A stretch of DNA of 62,790 nucleotides, counting the filler, from Globobulimina sp. (lineage: Eukaryota), in assembly GCA_003354225.1 (NCBI GenBank). It is 24 parts of 24 records of this genome, joined end to end, with 100 filler letters (N's around TTAATTAATTAA, not from the genome) between each part and the next. Parts side by side here need not be neighbours in the genome. Positions count along the whole stretch, not along the records: positions 23,595 to 26,115 come from PIVH01006195.1; positions 26,216 to 28,736 come from PIVH01006196.1; positions 28,837 to 31,356 come from PIVH01006197.1; positions 31,457 to 33,976 come from PIVH01006198.1; positions 34,077 to 36,596 come from PIVH01006199.1; 19 more parts are not named here. One strand, 5' to 3'. The translations under genes and the position numbers were made by a program. Numbering within the stretch: the stretch's first letter is position 1; each line of letters starts with the position of its first letter. The notes under the pieces are model-generated. The model did not search any database and was not told the origin of the DNA. It worked only from the letters and a program-made list of their open reading frames with translations. This document shows, piece after piece, positions 24,460-34,182 of this stretch.

Positions 24460-24485
24460 TGGTGCCTAGAGAGCAGGAATCGAAC
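24460..24485 (+). promoter_or_regulatory. Primer-binding site
   Basis: TGGTGCC...GGAATCGAAC 5 nt after the LTR; complementary to a tRNA CCA end and T-loop. Confidence 0.7.
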
Positions 24486-24701
24486 TTCGCGGAACACAAA
24501 TAAAGTATAATAAAGTAAAAAGAAAAGGTACAATTTGTACAAAGTAGTTCACAACAAATAAACTCAAAGCAAAGGGACAAAGTATAGTCCACAAGTAGTC
24601 ATAAAGCCCACGGTGTTAATAAATAGAGACGGTTGTAAAGAAAAGGAAAATACGGCCGTACACATTTAATAAAGTACGTTCACAAAAGTAAACAAAACAA
24701 A

Positions 24702-26115
24702 ATGCCTCCAAAGAAGACAAACACACCAGCCAAACCAACACAAGGAGATATCGATTTGTGGCATACAGTACGTAATACATGCAAAGAAGATTTAAGACAA
24801 TTAAAAACTGAAGTTGATCAATTTCGCGAAAACTTTTTAGTACAAAAAGAAGAGTTTACGCTTGCATTTAAAAATGACGTTACAACATGTCAAGATTCAC
24901 TCGAAAGATTGCTCGGTCGTACACAAAAGGTAAATGAAGATTTATTATCGGCAGTCAAAGCAGATAAAAACAAAGAAGAACATAACAAGGGAAGAGAGAT
25001 AGAACGACAGATCGAAGCATTAATAGCAACAACTAAAAGTATTGTTCGAGATAGAATAGTTGTAGATGCTGACGTTGATACAGAAGTAAAACAAGCTGAA
25101 CCAGAACAAAATCAATCGCAAGGCATAGATCAAAATATGTTCATGCAATTTATGCAGCAACAAATGAAAGCACAACAAGATCAAATGCAATTACAAAGAG
25201 AACAAATGGAGAAAAACGACATACATATGAGAATGATGCAAGAACAATTAGTCGATCAAAAACAGACAGCAAATAATGTTGCAGAGAACCAGAAACGAGC
25301 ATCTGACGCACAAATTCAACTCATGCGTGAACAATTACAGGACCAAAAGATACAGTCCAATAGACATCTCGAAGCAATACAAACGGCTAGTGAAAATAGT
25401 CAAAATAAAAGTAATAACGGTACAGTTAAATTACCGAAATTATCAATCGAACCATTTTTCGGCGATACTCTACGTTGGTCACAATTTTGGGACACATTTA
25501 ATACGACGATACATACAAATGAAGAAATTAACGATATAGACAAGTTCAATTATTTTAAAAGTTATCTTCGCGGCAATGCATTACGCATGTTAGATGGTAT
25601 GCAAATATCCCAGGATAATTATAAAGTAGCAGTTGATTTGTTGACAGAAAGATATGGTAATAAGAATGTAATCGTCACAAATCATACACAGAGCTTGTTA
25701 AACTTGTCAAAGATAACAGATAATCCAGTGCAATTAGAAAGTTTTTACACAAAAGTAGAAAGTCACATTCGTAGTTTAAACGCACTTGGTGAATGTACAG
25801 ATAACAATCCGTATATTATAGAAATCATTTTATCAAAGTTACCCGAGAGCATGTGTGCTAAATTGAAACGCGGTATAAAGGATTTAGATCGTAAAAAGGC
25901 GTTAAAACACGTTTTGGACAAACTGCGAGAAAAAATAAATATGAATCAAGTTACAAGACAGTCCCACTCTCAAAACAGTACAGTACGTACAGAACAAGCA
26001 CGTAACAACGGTTTACGTTCATTTGATCAAATACAGTTAAATAGCAGTCGATCTACATATCCATCCCAACAGAAACAATATAATCGATTTGATCTAAATC
26101 GACCATACTGTATGT
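24702..26115 (+). mobile_element. gag: BEL/Pao gag-pol N-terminus (DUF1759 domain), truncated
   Basis: KLPKLSIEPFFGD...WSQFWDTF...DIDKFNYFKSYLRGNA...NYKVAVDLLTERYG. Confidence 0.92.
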
Positions 26116-26550
26116 NNNNNNNNNNNNNNNNNNNNNNNNNNNNNNNNNNNNNNNNNNNNTTAATTAATTAANNNNNNNNNNNNNNNNNNNNNNNNNNNNN
26201 NNNNNNNNNNNNNNNGAAAGAAAGCTGACCATAAAAATTATTGACGGCTGGCCTTCCCGAAATTGAGAGGGTTTAAGGCCAGTTTCAGCCAATTTAAGAC
26301 TGCATAACGACAGCAGAAGACAACAGAAAATTAAAAGTTACACAGAAGGGAGTGAAGTTTTTCAGACCTCAAAGTTTATTTTTCATCAAAGTTTTGAATG
26401 TAGGAGGAGACAGAGGAGAGGAAGCAATTGCAAATTGGGTGAAATTGAATAAGTTGCAAGGAATTTGTGTCGAAGTTGGAAACGCTTAATAATTCATATA
26501 GAATGGATATGGTGAATGTTGACGTTGGCGCATTGGCAAACGAAGCCAAG

Positions 26551-26994
26551 TCACAAATTTCTTATATTCATCCATATCGCGTTGGTGAAATTACGTTTTT
26601 GATTCCATAAATGAGAAATCTGAGAAATAAGACGGGATATTTCAGTTAAATGGAGATTAAATTGGGAATGCAATCGATTGAAGGCAGGCATATCATACCG
26701 AGAGAGTAAATCAGCAAAATCATTAAATTCGGATGGGATCCATTCGAAGAATATATAAATTTTATATTTGATTAACAAAAGACATAATTCGTAAATAAAC
26801 ATCATCACTGAATAGCGACTGGACCATTTTCGCGTCATTGCATAAAAACAAATGGAATTACCAATATATAAATGGACAGATTTACCAGTTAAGACATGTT
26901 TGTATGTCTCAACCAAAGAGAGGACGCAATGAGCCTCCTTTTGATGTATCTTCCAATGTAAATGTTGTTGTTTGAATTTATATTTTGCAAACAC
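26551..26994 (-). pseudogene. DIRS/Ngaro-type retrotransposon RNase H fragment, degenerate
   Basis: IHQKEAHCV...VHLYIGN...FEWIPSEFNDFADLLSR; the expected D of the DN motif is G; isolated fragment. Confidence 0.75.
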
Positions 26995-27139
26995 AGAATC
27001 AAAATTTTGATCATATTGATCATATGATGATCATATAATGATCATATCAAAAAAAAAAATATTGTATGGAAAAGTTCGTCCAGTAATATTTGATCACATC
27101 AATATTTTGATCATTTTGTCTTCATCTTATCCGATACAT

Positions 27140-27461
27140 CACTGTACGTACATAAGCTGGGCCATATTTTTGTTTTTCTGACATTCCTTCTTTGTGAATG
27201 CGTTTCGAATCAAAATACAAAATCTATCGTTATGAGTAACTTTCTCCATTGACATGTCCAGCGGTGAGGGATGATTATCTGTTACGAATTTGGGGGACCG
27301 GACGTTCTTTCTTCCCAAAGCTGCAGCGTCCTTTTGTTGTACTTAATTGTTTAAAAACGCATAATATATCCAGAGGAATGGAAGATATATACCTTCTCAT
27401 CTAAAACAGTGCCCTGTTTTACGCCATGCTTCTTAGCTCCACCTCCTTCTGTATTACCCAT
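27140..27461 (-). CDS. 5' part of a possible 2OG-Fe(II) oxygenase gene (intron 27331-27392), broken off
   Basis: Not in the ORF track: MGNTEGGGAKKHGVKQGTVLDEK, intron, then DAAALG...RFCILIRNAFTKKECQ, resembling the prolyl-hydroxylase-like N-terminal motif. Confidence 0.45.
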
Positions 27462-27516
27462 TTCGTGCGTTTGATTTTTAATACGATTTTTCTTAAACTA
27501 CTCAACTCTCAGTTAA

Positions 27517-28736
27517 ATGGGCAATGCAGCACGAAAACAAAAGAAAATTAAATGGAAAAAATCAGACGGAAAAATATTACGAAACAGATCACAATTATTA
27601 GTAAGTGGATACGTTAGAAAATGCAGCACCCACTACATCCACACAGATATTATTAGCATTATTCATGCCCATTATTATATTTTATTGCTATTATATTCTA
27701 TCGGTAGAAACGAAGACGGACAACAAGGTAACGGAGGAAATGAAAATATTAAAGAAATAACAAAAATAAAAACATTTGAAAAAGCAATAAAAAATATTGT
27801 TACTTGTGGTGGTGCTGGTTATGGTGTAGCACCATACATTGTATTTTATGATGAAACATATGAATGTTGCGGTAATAATAGAAGTGGTGTATTAGGTGTT
27901 GGCCATTATAATAATATTAATATATGGCATCAAATAAAAGATATGAAAATAAAAAATATATTTGCAGCACCAAACGGATCAGCTCATTCATTTTGTATTT
28001 CAAATGAGAATAAATTATATGCTGTCGGGTCGAATTATAATAATCAATTTGGTATAAAAACAAACGAAGACAATAATAATAAATGGACACCCATTAATAC
28101 AACATTATCGATTCAAAAAGTAGCCACATCATTGCAACATACAACATTTTTAAGTGAAACTGGTAAAATATATGTTGCTGGTTATGATGATGATGGTGAT
28201 GGTTTTTTAGGGTTAGGTAAAGATATTAGATCATCACCAAATATTCAAGAAATTGAAACAAAAATAAAATTTAAAGATATACATTGTGGATCTTCTCATA
28301 CCTTAGCAATTGATGATAATTATGGTGTTTGGTCATGGGGAGGTGGAGAATATGGTAGTTTAGGTCATGGAGATGGTAATAATCGATATTTAGCAAAAAG
28401 AATACAATATTTTATTCAAAATAATATTAAAATTGGTAAAATATGTTGTGGTTATTCACATAATATATTATTATCATTAAATAACAAAGTTTTGATCTTT
28501 TTGTGTTGTGTTTATTTATTTTAATATTTTTATGTTAATTGTTTTATCATATTTTAATAAATAAATAAGATATATTGTTTTGGATGGAATTATATGTATC
28601 AATGTGGGAATGGTTCGACTGAAAATGTATATTTGCCACAACCAAATGAAATATTAAAAAAGGAAAAAATAATTGATATTACATGTGGCGACAATCATAA
28701 TGTTATTAAAACCGCGGATACTAAATATTCTTTATG
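27517..28736 (+). CDS. RCC1-repeat beta-propeller protein (intron 28489-28569), truncated
   Basis: Repeated IxCGxxHT...VWSWGGGEYGSLGHG and GRNEDGQQGNG units. Confidence 0.9.
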
Positions 28737-28910
28737 NNNNNNNNNNNNNNNNNNNNNNNNNNNNNNNNNNNNNNNNNNNNTTAATTAATTAANNNNNNNN
28801 NNNNNNNNNNNNNNNNNNNNNNNNNNNNNNNNNNNNTTGCTCAAAGTAGAATGTTATTGGATTTATTGTCTCTTGCACTAATCCGTATCTTTTTGCTTAC
28901 GTACATAATC

Positions 28911-29117
28911 TTATTTTTTAGTGTTTTTAATGTGCAATTTAATCATTATTTCAGATTTTTTAACGTCACCGTTTTCTAATAAATATTCATTTTCGCAATG
29001 CTTTCTCCATTGGTCTGATATTTTCATGTTCGTAAATTCAACCCCTTGCATTTTAAAGAATTCATTTTTTTTATTAGGGTCTTTATGCTCTACTGTATAG
29101 CCTATTACTTTGTACAT
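28911..29117 (-). CDS. Phage hypothetical protein
   Basis: 68-aa ORF starting 5 bp after the DnaA-like gene ends. Confidence 0.6.
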   Translation of the reverse strand: MYKVIGYTVEHKDPNKKNEFFKMQGVEFTNMKISDQWRKHCENEYLLENGDVKKSEIMIKLHIKNTKK

Positions 29118-29122
29118 ATCGA

Positions 29123-29485
29123 TTAATTTAGTAAAATTCCGTTAATATTTTCACGTTCACAAAATGGTTTAACTATAGCAGCATTTTTTTGGTTTTGATA
29201 CTTAATTATTTTAGCCGAAATCTCAGAACAGTATTTTCTTATTTGTTTGTCAACGTCGATTAAGTTTAAGATAGTTTTGTTTGCATGCATGACCGTTGCG
29301 TGGTCTTTTCCTCCGTGTAATTCCCCTATTAAAGCTAATGACTTCTTTGTATATTTCTTGCAAAAGTACATTGATATTTGACGAGCTTGGACTATTTCTC
29401 GTTTTCTTATAATTCTAGTCATTTCAAATATTGTTATATCAAAATAACTCGAAACTATTGTTTGAATTTCTTCTATTGTTATCAT
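29123..29485 (-). CDS. Stand-alone DnaA C-terminal (domain IV) helix-turn-helix protein
   Basis: ITIEEIQTIVSSYF...RKREIVQARQISMYF...SLALIGELHGGKDHATVMHA; complete 120-aa ORF with no AAA+ domain. Confidence 0.9.
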   Translation of the reverse strand: MITIEEIQTIVSSYFDITIFEMTRIIRKREIVQARQISMYFCKKYTKKSLALIGELHGGKDHATVMHANKTILNLIDVDKQIRKYCSEISAKIIKYQNQKNAAIVKPFCERENINGILLN

Positions 29486-29558
29486 TGGTTTTTATGTTTA
29501 AATTTACTAAATTTTGGCGACATATTAAAATATAATGTCGCCTCTCGTTTATTTCCAA

Positions 29559-29566
29559 CAAAACTA
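29559..29566 (-). promoter_or_regulatory. Bacteroidota -7 promoter element (leftward)
   Basis: TAGTTTTG on the minus strand matches TAnnTTTG, with TTTG/TTG upstream. Confidence 0.55.
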
Positions 29567-29641
29567 CACAAAATTAAAACACAAATCAATAGCATTGAGT
29601 AATTTAGAACGAATATAAACAACGCTATAATTCCATTAATA

Positions 29642-29672
29642 TTTGGAATTAGAAAAATTATGACTATCTTTG
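29642..29672 (+). promoter_or_regulatory. Bacteroidota -33/-7 promoter (rightward)
   Basis: TTTG, 19-nt spacer, TATCTTTG; 24 nt before ATG 29697. Confidence 0.75.
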
Positions 29673-29696
29673 TTAAAACAAAAAAGATAAAAAACT

Positions 29697-30011
29697 ATGA
29701 AAAATACAAACGAAACAATAAATCCTTATAAAATTAGCTGGGCAATTTTAACTCCAAAAAAAGGAATAGCAAGAAAAGAAGATGTTATTAAATTAAACAA
29801 ATTTGCAATGTTTAATAGATCAAAAAATATTATGATTCATGCATCTTCTAAAGATATGTTAATCTCAAAACTAAATGCTGTTAAAGGCAAATTATCAAAG
29901 GAATACGATGTTTTAATAATTACAGATAAGCAATTTGGAATGACAAAAAATGAAGATTTCAAAAACGTAGCAACTTCAAAACAATTAAAAGAAGGTTTCG
30001 TTATACGCTAA
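29697..30011 (+). CDS. Phage hypothetical protein
   Basis: First ORF after the promoter; A-rich start context. Confidence 0.7.
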   Translation: MKNTNETINPYKISWAILTPKKGIARKEDVIKLNKFAMFNRSKNIMIHASSKDMLISKLNAVKGKLSKEYDVLIITDKQFGMTKNEDFKNVATSKQLKEGFVIR

Positions 30012-30076
30012 TTAACAACACCCAGCCCCACATTACGGGGCTTAATTGAATGTTTAATTTAAAAAAATATAGAGTT

Positions 30077-30424
30077 ATGGATTTAAATTGCCCTTATTGC
30101 GACGCAGGATTAGAAATTAACCACGATGATGGTTTTGGATATGATGAAGATGTAGTACATGAAATGAATTGCAAGAAATGTGATAAAAACTTTGTGTTTA
30201 CAACCTCAGTTTCATTTAATTATAGTGCTGAAAAAGCTGATTGCTTAAATGGTAAAGCCCATAAATACTCACTCACTCACACAGTCCCGAAGGAATTTTC
30301 TCAAATGAGATGTAAGGATTGTGACGACACAAGAGAGTTGACGGAAAAAGAAAGAGTTGATTTTGGATTGAAGACACAGCAAAGCTACTTTGATTCATTA
30401 ACTAAAAACCGTACCGAGCCATGA
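30077..30424 (+). CDS. Phage zinc-ribbon protein
   Basis: CPYC, CKKC and CKDC motifs. Confidence 0.7.
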   Translation: MDLNCPYCDAGLEINHDDGFGYDEDVVHEMNCKKCDKNFVFTTSVSFNYSAEKADCLNGKAHKYSLTHTVPKEFSQMRCKDCDDTRELTEKERVDFGLKTQQSYFDSLTKNRTEP

Positions 30425-30523
30425 AACCCATCCAAACCAAACTTTCAGAAATAGCAAACAAAATCTATGAAGAGATAGAAGCTGAAAAACTAAAACGAAT
30501 TAAGAATCGTAAACAATAAAGCT

Positions 30524-30757
30524 ATGATACACCCAGAAGTAACGACACCAGAAAAACAGCTTGTTCAAATTGCAATTTCAGAAGAAGCTATATTAGCGAA
30601 TGAAGGCATTTTGACTTTTTCCGAGAAATTCCGACATCTTACATCTAGGTTGAATTGCTTAATAGTAGATGATTATTACTGGAATTATCCAGATTTCAGG
30701 AAGCTGCAAATATTTGAAAGAGGAACAGACGAATTATTAATTACAATAACTTATTAA
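30524..30757 (+). CDS. Phage hypothetical protein
   Basis: Tightly packed, operon-like ORF. Confidence 0.6.
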   Translation: MIHPEVTTPEKQLVQIAISEEAILANEGILTFSEKFRHLTSRLNCLIVDDYYWNYPDFRKLQIFERGTDELLITITY

Positions 30758-30759
30758 GC

Positions 30760-30966
30760 ATGGAAAACGACATTATTACAAAATACATAGGAGGCATTGA
30801 ATACGATGTTTATTACAACCAAGTTAATGACAAGATTTGTCACGGGTCGGACGGATCTGAAAACAAGTATTACAATAAAGTTGAAAAGGTGATGAATTGC
30901 GACACTGACAACGAGGTTATTGATAAAGAAATAATTGAAAATTTAGAAATCGAAATAAATAAGTAG
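30760..30966 (+). CDS. Phage hypothetical protein
   Basis: 2-bp spacing to both neighbours. Confidence 0.6.
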   Translation: MENDIITKYIGGIEYDVYYNQVNDKICHGSDGSENKYYNKVEKVMNCDTDNEVIDKEIIENLEIEINK

Positions 30967-30968
30967 AT

Positions 30969-31356
30969 ATGGAAAATAAAACACATTGGAAAAAAGCGTT
31001 TAAATCAGATTATCTATCATCTAGTGATATTGATGACAAAGATTTAATATTGACGATTGAAAAAGTTGTTTACAAAGAATGTCTAACCCAATCGGGCAAA
31101 AAGTTTTGCAACGTTGCGATATTTAAAGGCTCTAAATTTGATAATAAAGATAAATGTATTTCGGGAGCAAAACCAATGATTCTAAATGTCACGAACTCAA
31201 AGGTAATTAAAAAATTTGCTGGAGGAAAAACACATTTAGAAGATTGGTTAAATATCAAAATTCAAGTTTATGTTGACCATAAAGTTAAGTTTGGTAGTGA
31301 TACAGTTGAAGGTTTAAGAATAAGGGCAACACAGCCGACTCAACAAAAGGATAAAA
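30969..31356 (+). CDS. Phage protein, possibly ssDNA-binding or recombination-module
   Basis: MENKTHWKK..DYL...LTI...KPMILNVTNSKVI...EDW...VEGLRIR resembles a family I recall from phage recombination modules. Confidence 0.5.
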
Positions 31357-31456
31357 NNNNNNNNNNNNNNNNNNNNNNNNNNNNNNNNNNNNNNNNNNNN
31401 TTAATTAATTAANNNNNNNNNNNNNNNNNNNNNNNNNNNNNNNNNNNNNNNNNNNN

Positions 31457-32188
31457 TTCGACAATTCCTACAATCAATGTAAAAACGCTCATTATTTCAT
31501 TTTGTAATCTATAAATAATGCTTTTATCCATAATCAAATTGGAATTATACACATGAAAATCTTCATTTTCATCTTGATTAAACAAATTCTTTTCCGACAA
31601 TAAGCGAATAAATTTAAATGAGCTGGTTTCTAAATAGCTCTCTGAACATTTAAAATTATTTGTTTTTGTTTTAGAAACATTTTTATTGTGATTATCACCC
31701 AACACATTCTCAATTTTTCTCTTTATTAATTCAACTTCACTCATTATATCTGACGGGTCGATTTCTAGCTCATTTTCATTTGATACCGCTTCAAACTTCT
31801 TTGATTTTACAAGTGGTTCATTAACATCACTTTCATCATATTGCTTATCAATAGATTCATTTGTTTGATTTTGTGTGGTTTCCTGCGTTGTTGCATCTTG
31901 TTTCTTTTCTTCTTCTTCGTCGTGTTCATTGCTTTGTTGTTTTGTGATTGAATCTGTAGTTTCCATTTTCTCTTCTTCTTCATCCTCATTCTCTTCTTCA
32001 TTCTCAATGGCTGTTAAAGTTGCTACAGGTTCTGAAATATCTGGTAGTTCCGATTTGGTATCAAGCAATTTTGAACGCGTTGGTTTCTTTTTCTTTTTTT
32101 TGAATCTCATTGCACGTCTTTGACTAAATGATAAATTTTCAACATCGCTATAATCATCGTCAGAACTTGATGCCCAAATTTCTTCCAT
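31457..32188 (-). CDS. Acidic unknown protein, 5' part
   Basis: ATG-initiated ORF open to the contig edge. Confidence 0.6.
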
Positions 32189-32225
32189 TCAAACTGACTG
32201 ACTCTGTGATATAAACAAACAAACA

Positions 32226-33779
32226 ATGTTTTCATTTTCATCCCACAACATGGCGCCGAATGCTTTGTCTCTCCTCATATTAATATCAATTTCTATCCAC
32301 ATATCAACAATAACAACTGCACGTGAATATAAATACGGTCGTCCACCAATGGTCTTAGTGGAAAATCCAGACAAAAGAGAATACATCAACCTCTCCAACG
32401 ACATAATCGAAGGGGATATCCAACCACCGCCAAATGACGGAATAACCCACACTCTCCCTACCACACAAATATTTGTCGGCATTTCCTCTTTGCGCGACAA
32501 CCGTTGCGGCAGAACTCTCCATTCCTTACTCTCCAAAGCTGAACACCCACAACGTGTATTTTTCGGTATCGTGCAACAAAACGATGACAGCACAATTGAC
32601 TGCATTCACGGATACTGCGCTTTAATACAAAATAAATCCATCGAGCAAGCCGCGGACACATCCAACTGTCCGCACTATGATAACATAAAAAGCATTCGTT
32701 TAAAACACACAGAGGCAAAAGGTCCCAATCTAGCCCGCGGTTTGCAGCTCACAATGATCAACGGACAGGATTTCTGTTTACAAGTCGATGCGCATACTTT
32801 TGGATCGCATCATTGGGACACTCGCATACTCAAAGAATGGGGCAAAACCAACAACGAAATGACAGTGCTAACAACGTATATATGTTCGCCTGAGAACTTG
32901 GACAAAAACGTTGGTGGCAGTCATGAAGTGCCGCATTTGTGCACTGCTCATTTACAGGGCGACTTTCCATTTAATGACCGTGCCTCGGCCGCGCGCTATT
33001 TGGAGCGACCCATTTTGTGCGGATTATGGGCGGCGGGCTTTAGTTTTAGTAAATGTCATGCGGAGCTGAGGGTGCCTTATGATATCAATCTAGTGCAGAT
33101 ATGGACGGGCGAGGAGTTTGGGCGCGGTGCCCGACTATGGACGCATGGCTATGACTTTTATACACCGACACAACCACTGATTGCACACGATTATACACCG
33201 GGGAATGACCAGAAAAAATGGAATCATAATCGGACGGAATACTTGCGATCTAAGAGTAGGTTGCAAACGATTTTGCGACAGGATGGCAGTGATCAATCGG
33301 AGAGGGTGTTGGAGCAAATTGGAGTGAGATACGATATTGGCACCAAACGGACGTTGGGAGAATATGCGCAGTTTTGTGGGTTGGATATTATGCATAAAAA
33401 GGAGTTGTTTTCATGGTGTCAGGATTATAAATGGGTGCCGTATGAAATGAGTGAGCGGGAAATTGATGGAATCAGAAAATTTGGAAATCCCAATGCATTT
33501 ATTGTGGGTGATGTGGTGGATGATGTTGAGGGTAATGGAAAGAGTGAGAGTGAACGAGGAATGATTGACTATGGTTACCAGTTTCGGAATGCGTATGTGA
33601 ATGAAGAGGTTATTTATAAGGAGATTGTCGGAGAGATAGAGCATTTTCAACATAGTTCATTGTTTGGAAAACTAATGCATATATTGGCGTTTGTGGCGTT
33701 TTTAACATGTTTTGTATGGTGTGTTTATAGGATGTTTAGGGTTAATTCTCCGAAAACGTTCGGAGATAAACAGCAGTGA
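32226..33779 (+). CDS. GT60-family polypeptide/hydroxyproline alpha-GlcNAc transferase, secretory type
   Basis: IFVGISSLRD..C, EAKGP..AR, CLQVDAH, LWAAGFSF, VPYD and GEE..RLWTHGYDFYTP; N-terminal signal peptide and C-terminal TM helix. Confidence 0.9.
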   Translation: MFSFSSHNMAPNALSLLILISISIHISTITTAREYKYGRPPMVLVENPDKREYINLSNDIIEGDIQPPPNDGITHTLPTTQIFVGISSLRDNRCGRTLHSLLSKAEHPQRVFFGIVQQNDDSTIDCIHGYCALIQNKSIEQAADTSNCPHYDNIKSIRLKHTEAKGPNLARGLQLTMINGQDFCLQVDAHTFGSHHWDTRILKEWGKTNNEMTVLTTYICSPENLDKNVGGSHEVPHLCTAHLQGDFPFNDRASAARYLERPILCGLWAAGFSFSKCHAELRVPYDINLVQIWTGEEFGRGARLWTHGYDFYTPTQPLIAHDYTPGNDQKKWNHNRTEYLRSKSRLQTILRQDGSDQSERVLEQIGVRYDIGTKRTLGEYAQFCGLDIMHKKELFSWCQDYKWVPYEMSEREIDGIRKFGNPNAFIVGDVVDDVEGNGKSESERGMIDYGYQFRNAYVNEEVIYKEIVGEIEHFQHSSLFGKLMHILAFVAFLTCFVWCVYRMFRVNSPKTFGDKQQ

Positions 33780-34182
33780 TTTTCAATTTTAAATGTTTTT
33801 GCCTATTTAAAGAATGTGTTGTGCTTTTCTTCAAAGATTCTAAGCTACGTGTACAAGAATTGACTACTGCCAATTAAGTTCGGAGGTTAAACATTCGAAA
33901 GCATGTCACCTTTACAGTCACTTCTAGCCGAGATTGGATTTTTAAACTACGATAGCGGTTTACATACGGAACATCTNNNNNNNNNNNNNNNNNNNNNNNN
34001 NNNNNNNNNNNNNNNNNNNNTTAATTAATTAANNNNNNNNNNNNNNNNNNNNNNNNNNNNNNNNNNNNNNNNNNNNGAGTACAGCAAATAAAAAAGGCAA
34101 TAAATGTGCCATAACCGCGTTCCCTCAAAGATTTGAAGAACACATTGCAACTGTTTCGGAACGGCGGTCACGAACAGAAAAA

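Larger units (their letters stand above)
28837..31356. mobile_element. Bacteroidota phage or prophage fragment
   Basis: Dense short intronless ORFs, A-rich starts without Shine-Dalgarno, TAnnTTTG promoters, stand-alone DnaA domain IV gene. Confidence 0.75.

Noticed and set aside
24460..24500. tRNA gene on the minus strand
   Set aside because: Only the 3'-end complement is present, with no cloverleaf; it is explained as a primer-binding site.
29123..29696. Chromosomal dnaA and oriC
   Set aside because: Only domain IV is present, with no dnaN and no perfect TTATCCACA boxes; the neighbours are phage-like.
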